IMG/VR virus record: IMGVR_UViG_3300037067_012588
Length of the DNA: 64,000 bases
Direction: 5' to 3' (one strand)
DNA from: a virus
Lineage: Duplodnaviria; Caudoviricetes
The position numbers were made by a program, and so were the translations under genes. The notes beneath the pieces are model-generated. The model did no database searches. It had not been told where the DNA came from and saw only the letters and a program-made list of their open reading frames with translations. Shown one piece after another: positions 27,301 through 36,313 of this stretch (position 1 is its first letter; the number at the start of each line of letters is the position of its first letter).

Positions 27301-29301
27301 TTACCTTCCACGAAAAACCGTTTGCTTCAAAATACTCTCAGGACCACTCAACTGCGGAACCTGCGAATAATTCTCATCTTTCAAATAGTCCAATATCGCC
27401 TCATGGGCTTTCATCCAATCAATATTTTTGTCCTTGTCAATCGTCACTTTCAGAGCAGCAGTCATTGCACCATTGTATTGTCCACCAATAAAAGCATCAG
27501 CAGATGTCTGATTGTCACGGCAACCAGAAAGAAGAAGATGACGTGTTTTGAAAAAAGCGATATTGGAAGCCGACCTTGGACCAAACAAATCCTTCCAACC
27601 AACACGATTCACTGGAAGATTTCTGTTCCTCGAACGCACAGCAATATCAAAAGGAGGTTTCAAATAACGAACCTTCACGGGATGTGGATTACCAATAGGC
27701 ATCGCACGATCCATACTTCCAGAATGACAGTTATGAACAAAAACTCCAGAAGACAAGGCAAAATTGTGAAACTCATCAACAGTTAAATCATAAACAACCT
27801 CTGTTCGACCAGTATCTTCAACTCTGACAACCTTATGATTATTTGGACAACAAAACTCACAATCCTCTTTAACCAATCCACGTTTTTCATGCCAACGAAC
27901 ATGGTTTGTTTTTCTTGTTTTCAAGACACCTTCTGGACTTGAAGCATATTCTTTTGAACTTGCAGACATTTTTTCACGCAACTCTTGATTCTCCCAGTTT
28001 GCCTTCGAAACATTCCTTGACCTCTCTCTTCCTTCTTCAGACTTATTCATCTCTATAAAACGTTTTGAATTTTCAGAATTATCACGATTCTGAGCAGCCT
28101 CCACATGAATACGGCGATATTCCTCGTCTTTCCAACACTCACGAACCAATTCAGATTGAAGCCTGCAATACTCTTCGCTAGACCTCCATGCACGATAATC
28201 AGGATCACTCCAAACCTTTTTGAAATTCTTCCTGCCAACCTCTCCATGAATACGCTTGTGGTCGTACCACGTCATCATTTTGAGGTTTTCTGGACGATTA
28301 TCCCTCTTATTGAAGTTCGAATGATGACAAACACTCTTTCCTTCAGACATATCCATCCCAACAGCATCTCTCATAGCAATATGGGTAGGACACCAACGAC
28401 GTTTCCCATTTTCTTGGTTTGTTGTTTGAACAAACTCATATCCCTTCAAATAACTACTATCAGTGCTACGCCACTCCCGACGATATAATGGCATCAAAGA
28501 ATCACCCTCTACCAAATCTCCTGCCTCAACAAAAGACCCATCCCTCATCATAAAACGATGATCATCAGTACATTCAACAGACTCTCCATTATCAAGAACA
28601 ACCCGAATAAGCTTTCTTGTGCCAGTTATTCTTGCTGAGTGAGCACGACCAGGAACAACACGACCATCCTCCAAAGAAGAATAAACCCAATATTCTCCGC
28701 CATCCTTCTCCATCTCAGCAATCGTTTTTTCTGTTCCATCAAGTAACGGAATTTTCGTCGCTCCTGCAAGACATGCGTCGCACAGAAATGTCAAAAAAGC
28801 ACCTTCTGGAATACGACGGAAAAATCCTGCCAAAATCTTGTCCGTCAACGGATTATCCCAATCCATGTCGGTCGGACAAAGAATCTGACATTCCTCGTTC
28901 TCAAGAGTATCTTCGTTCCGACAACGAATAGATGAACCATGACCCGAATATTGAAACACCAACTGCGAACCAGGTTGTGCTGATGAAATCAACCACTCAA
29001 GACGCTCAAGAATGTTCTGCTGTGTTGCACGCTCATCACAAAGAACACGGATGTTGTCCTCTTCAAATCCATAATTCTTTGTCAGTCTGTCATAAATGTC
29101 GTTAACGTCATTTACACAACCATTTAAGTCAGAACCACTCAAAGCAACATACTTGTTAATCCCAACCAATACGGCAAAATTTTGAGGCATAATGCTTTCC
29201 TCCGTCGAAGAAACAACGACAACAGGAGCCGCTGTCACAGACTCCTGCGAAGACTTGAATATAGAAAGAATGAAGTTAAGAATGACTTTGAAAACTCCCA
29301 T
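27301..29301 (-). CDS. Caspase-family (peptidase C14, metacaspase/orthocaspase-like) protease containing an intein
   Basis: AVLVGINKY, LNGCVNDV, YSGHG (catalytic His), DA|CHSG (catalytic Cys after splicing), LSGCRDNQTSAD, GAMT. Start set at ATG 29301 (AAGGAG RBS); the ORF track begins at 29355. Confidence 0.9.
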   Translation of the reverse strand: MGVFKVILNFILSIFKSSQESVTAAPVVVVSSTEESIMPQNFAVLVGINKYVALSGSDLNGCVNDVNDIYDRLTKNYGFEEDNIRVLCDERATQQNILERLEWLISSAQPGSQLVFQYSGHGSSIRCRNEDTLENEECQILCPTDMDWDNPLTDKILAGFFRRIPEGAFLTFLCDACLAGATKIPLLDGTEKTIAEMEKDGGEYWVYSSLEDGRVVPGRAHSARITGTRKLIRVVLDNGESVECTDDHRFMMRDGSFVEAGDLVEGDSLMPLYRREWRSTDSSYLKGYEFVQTTNQENGKRRWCPTHIAMRDAVGMDMSEGKSVCHHSNFNKRDNRPENLKMMTWYDHKRIHGEVGRKNFKKVWSDPDYRAWRSSEEYCRLQSELVRECWKDEEYRRIHVEAAQNRDNSENSKRFIEMNKSEEGRERSRNVSKANWENQELREKMSASSKEYASSPEGVLKTRKTNHVRWHEKRGLVKEDCEFCCPNNHKVVRVEDTGRTEVVYDLTVDEFHNFALSSGVFVHNCHSGSMDRAMPIGNPHPVKVRYLKPPFDIAVRSRNRNLPVNRVGWKDLFGPRSASNIAFFKTRHLLLSGCRDNQTSADAFIGGQYNGAMTAALKVTIDKDKNIDWMKAHEAILDYLKDENYSQVPQLSGPESILKQTVFRGR
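27730..28773 (-). mobile_element. Intein (348 aa) with HNH homing endonuclease
   Basis: Starts CLAGATKIPLLDG; block B CTDDHRF; HNH motif VCHHSNFNKRDNRPENL; ends VYDLTVDEFHNFALSSGVFVHN followed by Cys(+1). Confidence 0.92.
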
Positions 29302-29369
29302 TTGTGTTCTCCTTGAAAAAGAGTACTCACAATAGAGAGTTATTAAAAAAAACATAAATCCGAGGGGGG

Positions 29370-29528
29370 TTATTTCTTCTTTTCACTGAGAATACTCGCA
29401 ACCCTTGCAACAATATTCGGAACCGACCTCTCATCCAAAAGAGAAGCGATAAGCATCAACTCAGCAGCAATTTCTTTTTTGCCGATTCTCTGTTGCCTCA
29501 TATTATCGGCTCTTTGTTTTTCTGACAT
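29370..29528 (-). CDS. 52-aa small protein carrying the shared ELxxIA tag (below the ORF-track cutoff)
   Basis: AAAGGAG RBS; MSEKQRADNMRQQRIGKKEIAAELMLIASLLDERSVPNIVARVASILSEKKK*; fills the gap between neighbours. Confidence 0.75.
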   Translation of the reverse strand: MSEKQRADNMRQQRIGKKEIAAELMLIASLLDERSVPNIVARVASILSEKKK

Positions 29529-29540
29529 AACTATTCTCCT

Positions 29541-30833
29541 TTAATCACGAAGCATCTTTTCGAAACTCTTAATGCCATGGCTTGTTGCGTCAAAATAATC
29601 ACCCGTGAATATTGCCCTATCACCAACAACTCTCATTTTTTCCATGTCACCCTCAAACTCAAAGGTTCCTCTGTCAGTATCAATAGAAACTTTGTATTTT
29701 TTTGGCCGCCATGACTTCAAAAAATCAAGAACAACATCACGAGGAATATCACCCTCATGCTTATCATAAATGTTTTTCAACTTAACAGAGAAATCAACTT
29801 TTTCCCTTACATAAACAGAATCTATATAAGCATCCCATGATGGGTCATCTCTTCCTCCATGTTGGGCTGGTTCTGCGTAATAATCTACATCTGCCTCTTT
29901 TGGATTCTGGTCAAACTGCTGTTCACTGAAGATTTCCTCAAGAGTATCTTCAAGAGCCTTATTTGTTCCATTCGCAACAATATTGCCTGCAATGCCAGCA
30001 ACACGCTCGCCAACAGAAGCCCATGTCGTAATCACTTCTGCCGGAACAGGGTCTTTCCTTGGGTCATAATTAACCACTGCAACTCCTTCTGGAAGCTTCA
30101 TCCGAACATTGTTTTCAGGCTTTTGTTCTCCACTCAAAGGATTCCTATCTAGGAAATTCTTCTCGTCAATAAAATCACATACCTCTTGAGACATCTCACT
30201 CGGGTCGACATCACGAAGCTCGGCACGATACTTCGCATGGTTCTTCCAATTCGTTTGACACCTCCTACGACCACCATCCAACATCTCTGTCTTGTTGAAG
30301 TTAACCCTGCGGTATAATCTCCCACTCTCGGCAAGGCTCAAATCATTTGGATGACGAAGCATCTCCAATTTATCAGACGGTGCAAGCAAAGTATTCTGGA
30401 TACGTTCAACAACATTCTCAACAGACGCCGTAACCCTTTCACTCCTCAACTCAGAATACAAGGCATCAAAGTCACCAGCGCCCCATCCCTTGAAGTTGTT
30501 GAACTCTCTTGAAACAACATGGTCAATATCACGAACAGTTCCACGACCACGAGCAAGCTCACCTATCGTGTTAATAACAGACGCACGATCCTGAATGTTC
30601 TCCAGCTTTGTCCTCAAAATCATCCGAAGCAAACGAGCCTTCTTTTGCATATCTCGCTTGTCCTGAAAGTCGCCCTCTGGAACAAACGCTATGAGCCTTG
30701 CAATATTGGCAAGCTCGTTAGCGACCTTTATGGACTTCCATGGTTCTTTAAACATAGTGACATTCTCCCACTCTGGACGGTCCTTAAGCTGATACAAGAT
30801 ATCATGCTCGGACTGATCATCAAACAAAGGCAT
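29541..30833 (-). CDS. Hypothetical modular protein with three copies of the shared tag
   Basis: VANELANIARLIA, ASVENVVERIQNTLLA, ASVGERVAGIAGNIVA. Confidence 0.75.
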   Translation of the reverse strand: MPLFDDQSEHDILYQLKDRPEWENVTMFKEPWKSIKVANELANIARLIAFVPEGDFQDKRDMQKKARLLRMILRTKLENIQDRASVINTIGELARGRGTVRDIDHVVSREFNNFKGWGAGDFDALYSELRSERVTASVENVVERIQNTLLAPSDKLEMLRHPNDLSLAESGRLYRRVNFNKTEMLDGGRRRCQTNWKNHAKYRAELRDVDPSEMSQEVCDFIDEKNFLDRNPLSGEQKPENNVRMKLPEGVAVVNYDPRKDPVPAEVITTWASVGERVAGIAGNIVANGTNKALEDTLEEIFSEQQFDQNPKEADVDYYAEPAQHGGRDDPSWDAYIDSVYVREKVDFSVKLKNIYDKHEGDIPRDVVLDFLKSWRPKKYKVSIDTDRGTFEFEGDMEKMRVVGDRAIFTGDYFDATSHGIKSFEKMLRD

Positions 30834-30844
30834 GATAAAACCCC

Positions 30845-32287
30845 TTACCTGTGAACTTCTTCCAGGAACGAAACAACATCTGGACTCAACTTATTTGTTG
30901 TCCAAAATGAAAACAACTCCGCATACCACTCCGAATCACTCTTAGTTGAATACGGTGTCGGAAAATATTTGCTAAAATCCACATCGGGAAGCCTCTTCCC
31001 AACAATCTCAAATTCTCCTGTCAGAAGCATAATCAACGGAGAAGTATAGGTACTGCCAACAGACTTCTCTCTGCGCCCTCCAGCCTTTATTTTCTTGATT
31101 CGTATCTTTCTCTCATATGGAATATAGCTTATAAACTCGTATTCATCACCCTTCGATGGACCCATTTTATCAATCAGGATGTCTCCCTCAACCAAACCCA
31201 AATCTTCAAATTTAGGAAGTTTGTGTCTCTTGTCATAAAAGGTCTGAGAAACAAGAGACCGAGCATCTCTCGACATAAACTTGTTCATATCCCTATGCGC
31301 AAGCTCATGAAGAAACGCACGAACATCTTTCCCATCTAACCCTTGAAGCTTCTTCACACCAATACGCACCAAATCACTAGAGGTAGAATAGTCTGCCAAA
31401 CGATTCCCCGCAAGAGAACCAATCATCAACACTTTCCCACCTGACAAATATCCAAGACCCTTCGAAGCCAACAAATGAGACACAATATCCAAAAGCTTCT
31501 TGGCTTCTTCCACATCAAACTTGATTCCTTTTTCAACTTGAATATCCCAATTGTCATACTTGAAGTTTGAAAGCATCACCTCGTCAGAGTCTTCCTCGAT
31601 AACATCAACTGGACCAAATAATCCAACAAAACTTTCTGGATGCATTTTTTCCTTCAAAACAAAGAACTCTAACAACCTATTCTTTGACGAGAAATCCTTC
31701 TCGCTCTTCGTCACAATACGAGCAATATTTGAATCCTCAAACTTCCCATCCCTTATGTCTCTTGGCAACCGATAAGTCAAACTCTTAACGTATCTTTTTG
31801 CAAGACTCTCACGTTCAGTTTTCATGTTATATAACGCAGAAAGACCATCTGGAGTAAAATTCGTCAAAACATCACCAACAGAATCAGCAAAAATCTCCTT
31901 AGTCATTTCTGTTCCAACTTTTTTCTCTACGGCCTTCTTCGATGCTATCTCGACCAAATGATATTTTCCACCATTTTCGGTAACAACAAACTTCGGCCAA
32001 TTCCCGACACCAAAAAGAACAATACCATTGTTCAGTTTAATAAAATTGTATGCAAAAATCAATTTCGCAATCTTCATCAGCTCACTCGCAACAATTGACC
32101 TTACCGAAGCTGTCTTGCCGTCTACTTGATTCGCTGCACTATACCCTATCGCAAAGCATGAACCCTCATCCTTACCAGACTCATAGGCACTGTTAAAAGC
32201 ATGTACAAAAGCCCGCTGAGCCTTCGCACTGTACTTCGAAAGATTCGGATGGCTCTTCACTGCCTCAGCAGCACTATCAAACGGCAT
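30845..32287 (-). CDS. ChaB-like N-terminal domain + tag + zincin (HExxH) metallopeptidase-like domain
   Basis: MPF...KAQRAFVHAFNSAY...DE.SCFAIGYSAA is ChaB-like; FLHELAH and PTPYSTKSDSEWYAELF are zincin motifs. Confidence 0.7.
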   Translation of the reverse strand: MPFDSAAEAVKSHPNLSKYSAKAQRAFVHAFNSAYESGKDEGSCFAIGYSAANQVDGKTASVRSIVASELMKIAKLIFAYNFIKLNNGIVLFGVGNWPKFVVTENGGKYHLVEIASKKAVEKKVGTEMTKEIFADSVGDVLTNFTPDGLSALYNMKTERESLAKRYVKSLTYRLPRDIRDGKFEDSNIARIVTKSEKDFSSKNRLLEFFVLKEKMHPESFVGLFGPVDVIEEDSDEVMLSNFKYDNWDIQVEKGIKFDVEEAKKLLDIVSHLLASKGLGYLSGGKVLMIGSLAGNRLADYSTSSDLVRIGVKKLQGLDGKDVRAFLHELAHRDMNKFMSRDARSLVSQTFYDKRHKLPKFEDLGLVEGDILIDKMGPSKGDEYEFISYIPYERKIRIKKIKAGGRREKSVGSTYTSPLIMLLTGEFEIVGKRLPDVDFSKYFPTPYSTKSDSEWYAELFSFWTTNKLSPDVVSFLEEVHR

Positions 32288-32302
32288 GAAAAATGTCTCC
32301 CG

Positions 32303-33550
32303 TTACCCAAAGAAATGCTCTGTCGCTTTCGAGTGATGACTTCCATCTTTAAGCCATGCAACAACATTTGAAGTCGCACTCAACGAACTATCTCCTCCGT
32401 CCCTTACCTTCTTCAACTCAGCAACAGACTTGACCAAATATGCCTGCAATCGCTCCAAGTCCTTCAAAAGAACTTCAGCCATTTCCTTGTCACTGCCGTT
32501 GCTTGCCAGAATGGCTTCATGAATGCTCTGAGCAACAACACCCCGACTCGATGCATTCTTGCCATCCATAACAACATAAATCTCCCAATGTGGAACAACC
32601 TCGCCATCCCTCGTCTCAGTCTTCAATCTATTCATCTCAACAACGTTGTTCGGATACTCCTTCTGGATAGCCTCATGAATACCCTTCGCCGCAAAATCTG
32701 TCGCATCAAAAAAATAAACAGTTCCGACCCTACCACCATTCGTCTTGCGACCTTGGGGTTTTGTTTGGACAGCCCTAACCGTACTCTGGTTCACATTGTT
32801 GAAAGACTTGATGATGCTAATCCACTTACTCCTGTTCATTTCTGCAACAAGGCTCTTCGCAATACGAACCAATTCACTCGCAACACCTTGAAAACCAACA
32901 GACGCAATCAAAACCTTATGTCCCTGAATTTTAATCTTCTTCTTTTTCAACAATGACTCCAACGAATCCAACAATCCATCATCCTCGGGAACAGGGTCGC
33001 CATTCGACAAAAACTCATTGTAATACTCAATTCGACGAGGCTGAGTCCTTATCATATCCAACACAGACTCCTCGTCCCAACGCTCCCATGACTTCTTGTT
33101 CATCAGAATCTCCCCAGCATAAATAACTTTCCCGCCAAAAAAAACAGTCCAATTCTTGGACATGGAATCATACCGATACGAATACTTATCAGATAAACTG
33201 AAAATCAAAGACCCCTGAGCGTGCTGGTCATCCACCGTCAACTCAAACGGACAACCATCAAACTCCCACTTTTTCCCAAATTGCTTCCAACCAGCCTTAC
33301 CCAAAAGCTTCGGAAGCAATACCTTGTTTTCTGTTGTCGCCAACCAGTCAAACCATACACCAGTCTTTGTCCCCATAGAACCACGCTTCTCAAGCTTAAT
33401 ATCAGAACCACCTATCGTTCCCAAAAAACGACCAATCCCCTTATCTCGACTCCCAATGTCGTTCCAAACCTGAACGCCAATATCGTTCCCACGACCCCTA
33501 CCATCTATCTTCAACACCGCAGACAAACTCTTCATCGAAATATTCCTCAT
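32303..33550 (-). CDS. Hypothetical modular protein with the shared tag
   Basis: ASVGFQGVASELVRIAKSLVA; start placed at the ATGA overlap with the upstream stop (ORF track 33610). Confidence 0.7.
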   Translation of the reverse strand: MRNISMKSLSAVLKIDGRGRGNDIGVQVWNDIGSRDKGIGRFLGTIGGSDIKLEKRGSMGTKTGVWFDWLATTENKVLLPKLLGKAGWKQFGKKWEFDGCPFELTVDDQHAQGSLIFSLSDKYSYRYDSMSKNWTVFFGGKVIYAGEILMNKKSWERWDEESVLDMIRTQPRRIEYYNEFLSNGDPVPEDDGLLDSLESLLKKKKIKIQGHKVLIASVGFQGVASELVRIAKSLVAEMNRSKWISIIKSFNNVNQSTVRAVQTKPQGRKTNGGRVGTVYFFDATDFAAKGIHEAIQKEYPNNVVEMNRLKTETRDGEVVPHWEIYVVMDGKNASSRGVVAQSIHEAILASNGSDKEMAEVLLKDLERLQAYLVKSVAELKKVRDGGDSSLSATSNVVAWLKDGSHHSKATEHFFG

Positions 33551-33924
33551 CGAATATTGTAAGTCGTTTGGGAACCATCTGTCCCTTTCAAACGAAACTT
33601 CGGACTCCACTTCCCACGCAAATGCTCCTCAAGTCCCTCTATAGGAGTACTATTAACAATTATTTTGCAGGTCGTTACATAAAATGAACCACGAAACTTC
33701 CCCAACCTCAAATCCACACTCGCAAGAGGAATCCCCATACTCTTCAAATCAGATATCAAATCAGCCTGCAGCTTCGCCTGAGATTGCTTCGATAAACGGT
33801 CCTTCACAATCTTCATCTTCTCACGCATGTCCCAAAACTCACCCTCAAACTCAGTCTGAGGACGCTCCTTACCAGCTACCAACAATCGGGCTATCGAAAG
33901 TAAAGAAGCTGCAACATACTTCAT
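33547..33924 (-). CDS. Hypothetical protein with the tag at its N-terminus
   Basis: MKYVAASLLSIARLLVA; GAGG RBS; overlaps its neighbours by ATGA. Confidence 0.7.
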   Translation of the reverse strand: MKYVAASLLSIARLLVAGKERPQTEFEGEFWDMREKMKIVKDRLSKQSQAKLQADLISDLKSMGIPLASVDLRLGKFRGSFYVTTCKIIVNSTPIEGLEEHLRGKWSPKFRLKGTDGSQTTYNIR

Positions 33925-34247
33925 ATCCCATTCCTCTTCTTGAAAAGATCATCTGCTATCTTGAAGTCTGGCCAACTTTCCATCATCATCCCAACCATCT
34001 GCCCAGCCAACATCTGATCCTCTGGCAATTCATACCGATACCGCCCCATACCACCAACAAAATACAACGCCATCTCTTCAAGACATGAACCATCCTCAGA
34101 CATCTTCGGCGCAACCTCAATAGACATACCAATCCCAAGGTGAAACTCCACCCCAGACTCAAAAGGATAAACCTTCCCAATAGCATCACGAGCCAAAAAT
34201 GCTGCCCTATCCACCAATCGCTGAATGTCTTCGTCCATGTCGTTCAC
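33921..34247 (-). CDS. Hypothetical protein
   Basis: 108-aa ORF in a tightly packed operon. Confidence 0.6.
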   Translation of the reverse strand: MNDMDEDIQRLVDRAAFLARDAIGKVYPFESGVEFHLGIGMSIEVAPKMSEDGSCLEEMALYFVGGMGRYRYELPEDQMLAGQMVGMMMESWPDFKIADDLFKKRNGI

Positions 34248-34250
34248 CTA

Positions 34251-34922
34251 TCAACGAATTTCACGCCAACCTGCATGACTTCCTTCGTCAAAATGACTAT
34301 CACGAATAACCATCTTCTTCTGTCCAAACTTGTCAACGATAATCCAAGAACCAAGCTTTCTGCCTTCCCACAAAACATCCTTGATAAAATCGGTCGATAA
34401 CCCATCAAAATGAGCAAGAATATCCCCAACCAAAGGCATAGAACGCTCTTTCTCTTGCACCGACTCAATCAGCATATCCAAATCACGACGAACAGAGTTA
34501 AACAATGACAAGACATTAGAAGAAATACCAAACCTCTGACGCATTTCCGAGGTCAAAGAATCAAGAGACTTACGCAACCCAACAAAATCAGATACCAATA
34601 TATTCGTTTGAATAATCTTTGCTATACGAAACAACTCTCTTGCAACCTTTTTTGTCTTCATTATTTCCTCAGCTCTGTCAAAAAAAATTGCAGCAACATC
34701 ATGGTAGTTTTCATCCTCAGCAGCAAGACCACGCCTCCATGCCTTTGCAGCATCTGTTATCGAATGAGCCATTGCCTTTGCCAATGTCAAAAGCTTGCTC
34801 TTGAAATCTCCACCCTTCGAAGCTTTCTCTACCATATCGCTTATTCGCTTATAGTCTTTCGACTCAGACAGAAGAGCCTTACGCCCATAAATCTCCTCAA
34901 GCTTATCTTCCAAATTCATCAC
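34251..34922 (-). CDS. Hypothetical protein with the shared tag
   Basis: KKVARELFRIAKIIQT; AGGAG RBS. Confidence 0.7.
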   Translation of the reverse strand: MMNLEDKLEEIYGRKALLSESKDYKRISDMVEKASKGGDFKSKLLTLAKAMAHSITDAAKAWRRGLAAEDENYHDVAAIFFDRAEEIMKTKKVARELFRIAKIIQTNILVSDFVGLRKSLDSLTSEMRQRFGISSNVLSLFNSVRRDLDMLIESVQEKERSMPLVGDILAHFDGLSTDFIKDVLWEGRKLGSWIIVDKFGQKKMVIRDSHFDEGSHAGWREIR

Positions 34923-35005
34923 AATCTCCTATTCAACAATTTTTTCACACAATAAGCAGAGTCAGATATAATCTCATCACCTCGATTGCGTTTCTATAAC
35001 CCATC

Positions 35006-36019
35006 TCAAAAACACTTATTGATCTTATCTGCAACACTCTCGCTAAACTGCCTCTTCACCTCTACAAAAGCAGGCTTGTAAAACTCTTCCGTCCTCAACT
35101 TCCCCAACTCAGCAGGCATACTGCCAAAATAATTCGCCAACTCCTTAATCGCCTCCAAAGCTTTCACTGCCCTCTTATTCTTCAATACCTTGTCATACAG
35201 ATAAATCAACGCATCCGTATGAGCATTACGGTCTGTCAATTCAGACATAGCCTTCAAATGCTTCGGGTCAATCGTGCCAACCTCGGCAACAAGACTCACA
35301 GCCACTCGCTCAGCAATATCCTCGCTAGATACCATGCTCGAAGCAATCCGCTCTACCCTCTCTGATGCTACCACTATCTTCACCGCAGAAGGCTTCGATG
35401 GCCACATCCTCGTCAAATAATTCTTGTAAGGCTCGCCATCGCCCTCATTCAACTCAACAGTCACTCGATTCAAACCAGATTTGTACTTGTTCAGCCAATG
35501 AACCACCGTCCCGCCAAATTTCTTCGCTGACTTGAATATGAAATCCTTCAAGTCTTTCAACTCAGAATCACGAACGTCAACAAAACCATCCGTTAAATCA
35601 AAAGTTACATAGTCAAACGGAACCTTCGCTGATTTCATCTTTCCACTCCTTGTCATCTCAAACTCAAACGCAGGCATCGGCTTATAAGTGAAACCAATAC
35701 CCTTCAAAATGTCTTCCACTTGACGAATATCACCAGTGTCACCAACAAAAACATGCATCGAAATCACTATGTTCGGTGGAAAATATGACCCATTCTCACT
35801 AACACCAGGTGCCCGCATCACAGAAACATCCAACTTCTTCTGCCTCAACTGCTGAATCAATCGCCTTGAAACCATACCAGACTTGCGACGAAGTTGCTCA
35901 AACTCACGCCTGTCCGTATACTCAACACTCGGAACTGTCATATACCAAGATATCACGAAAAGCTGATTCATGAGCTGCATTGTCTGCTCTATCGGAAATT
36001 GCCTAGCTTCAATATCCAT
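35006..36019 (-). CDS. Hypothetical modular protein with tag variants
   Basis: VVASERVERIASSMVS, IAERVAVSLVA; ATG 36019 after AAAGGAG (ORF track 36091). Confidence 0.7.
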   Translation of the reverse strand: MDIEARQFPIEQTMQLMNQLFVISWYMTVPSVEYTDRREFEQLRRKSGMVSRRLIQQLRQKKLDVSVMRAPGVSENGSYFPPNIVISMHVFVGDTGDIRQVEDILKGIGFTYKPMPAFEFEMTRSGKMKSAKVPFDYVTFDLTDGFVDVRDSELKDLKDFIFKSAKKFGGTVVHWLNKYKSGLNRVTVELNEGDGEPYKNYLTRMWPSKPSAVKIVVASERVERIASSMVSSEDIAERVAVSLVAEVGTIDPKHLKAMSELTDRNAHTDALIYLYDKVLKNKRAVKALEAIKELANYFGSMPAELGKLRTEEFYKPAFVEVKRQFSESVADKINKCF

Positions 36020-36256
36020 ATCCGTATCTCCTTTTTCTTCCCATATCCATGAGTAATTATAAAAAAATGTATATATGAACTGACTTTGCAAATTTAATAT
36101 TTTCGTATGGTGGTGTTGTAAATGAGGAGTAATGTCCCTGTTATAATTATACCCACCCCTCTAAAACAAAGGCGTACACACAACAAAAACACCGTAATTC
36201 TTTCGCAACATAACTACTTATGACTCGATTTTTCATCCAATCATAATCTTGCGGTC

Positions 36257-36308
36257 TACCCACATCTCCGAGGTTTTTTACCTACATCTCCGAGTTTCGT
36301 CGTATAAT
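36257..36308 (+). promoter_or_regulatory. Two 16-bp direct repeats at 22-bp period, followed by a TATAAT box
   Basis: TACCCACATCTCCGAG (36257-36272) and TACCTACATCTCCGAG (36279-36294); TATAAT at 36303-36308, with 5 nt before the ATG at 36314. Confidence 0.6.
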
Positions 36309-36313
36309 CATGC

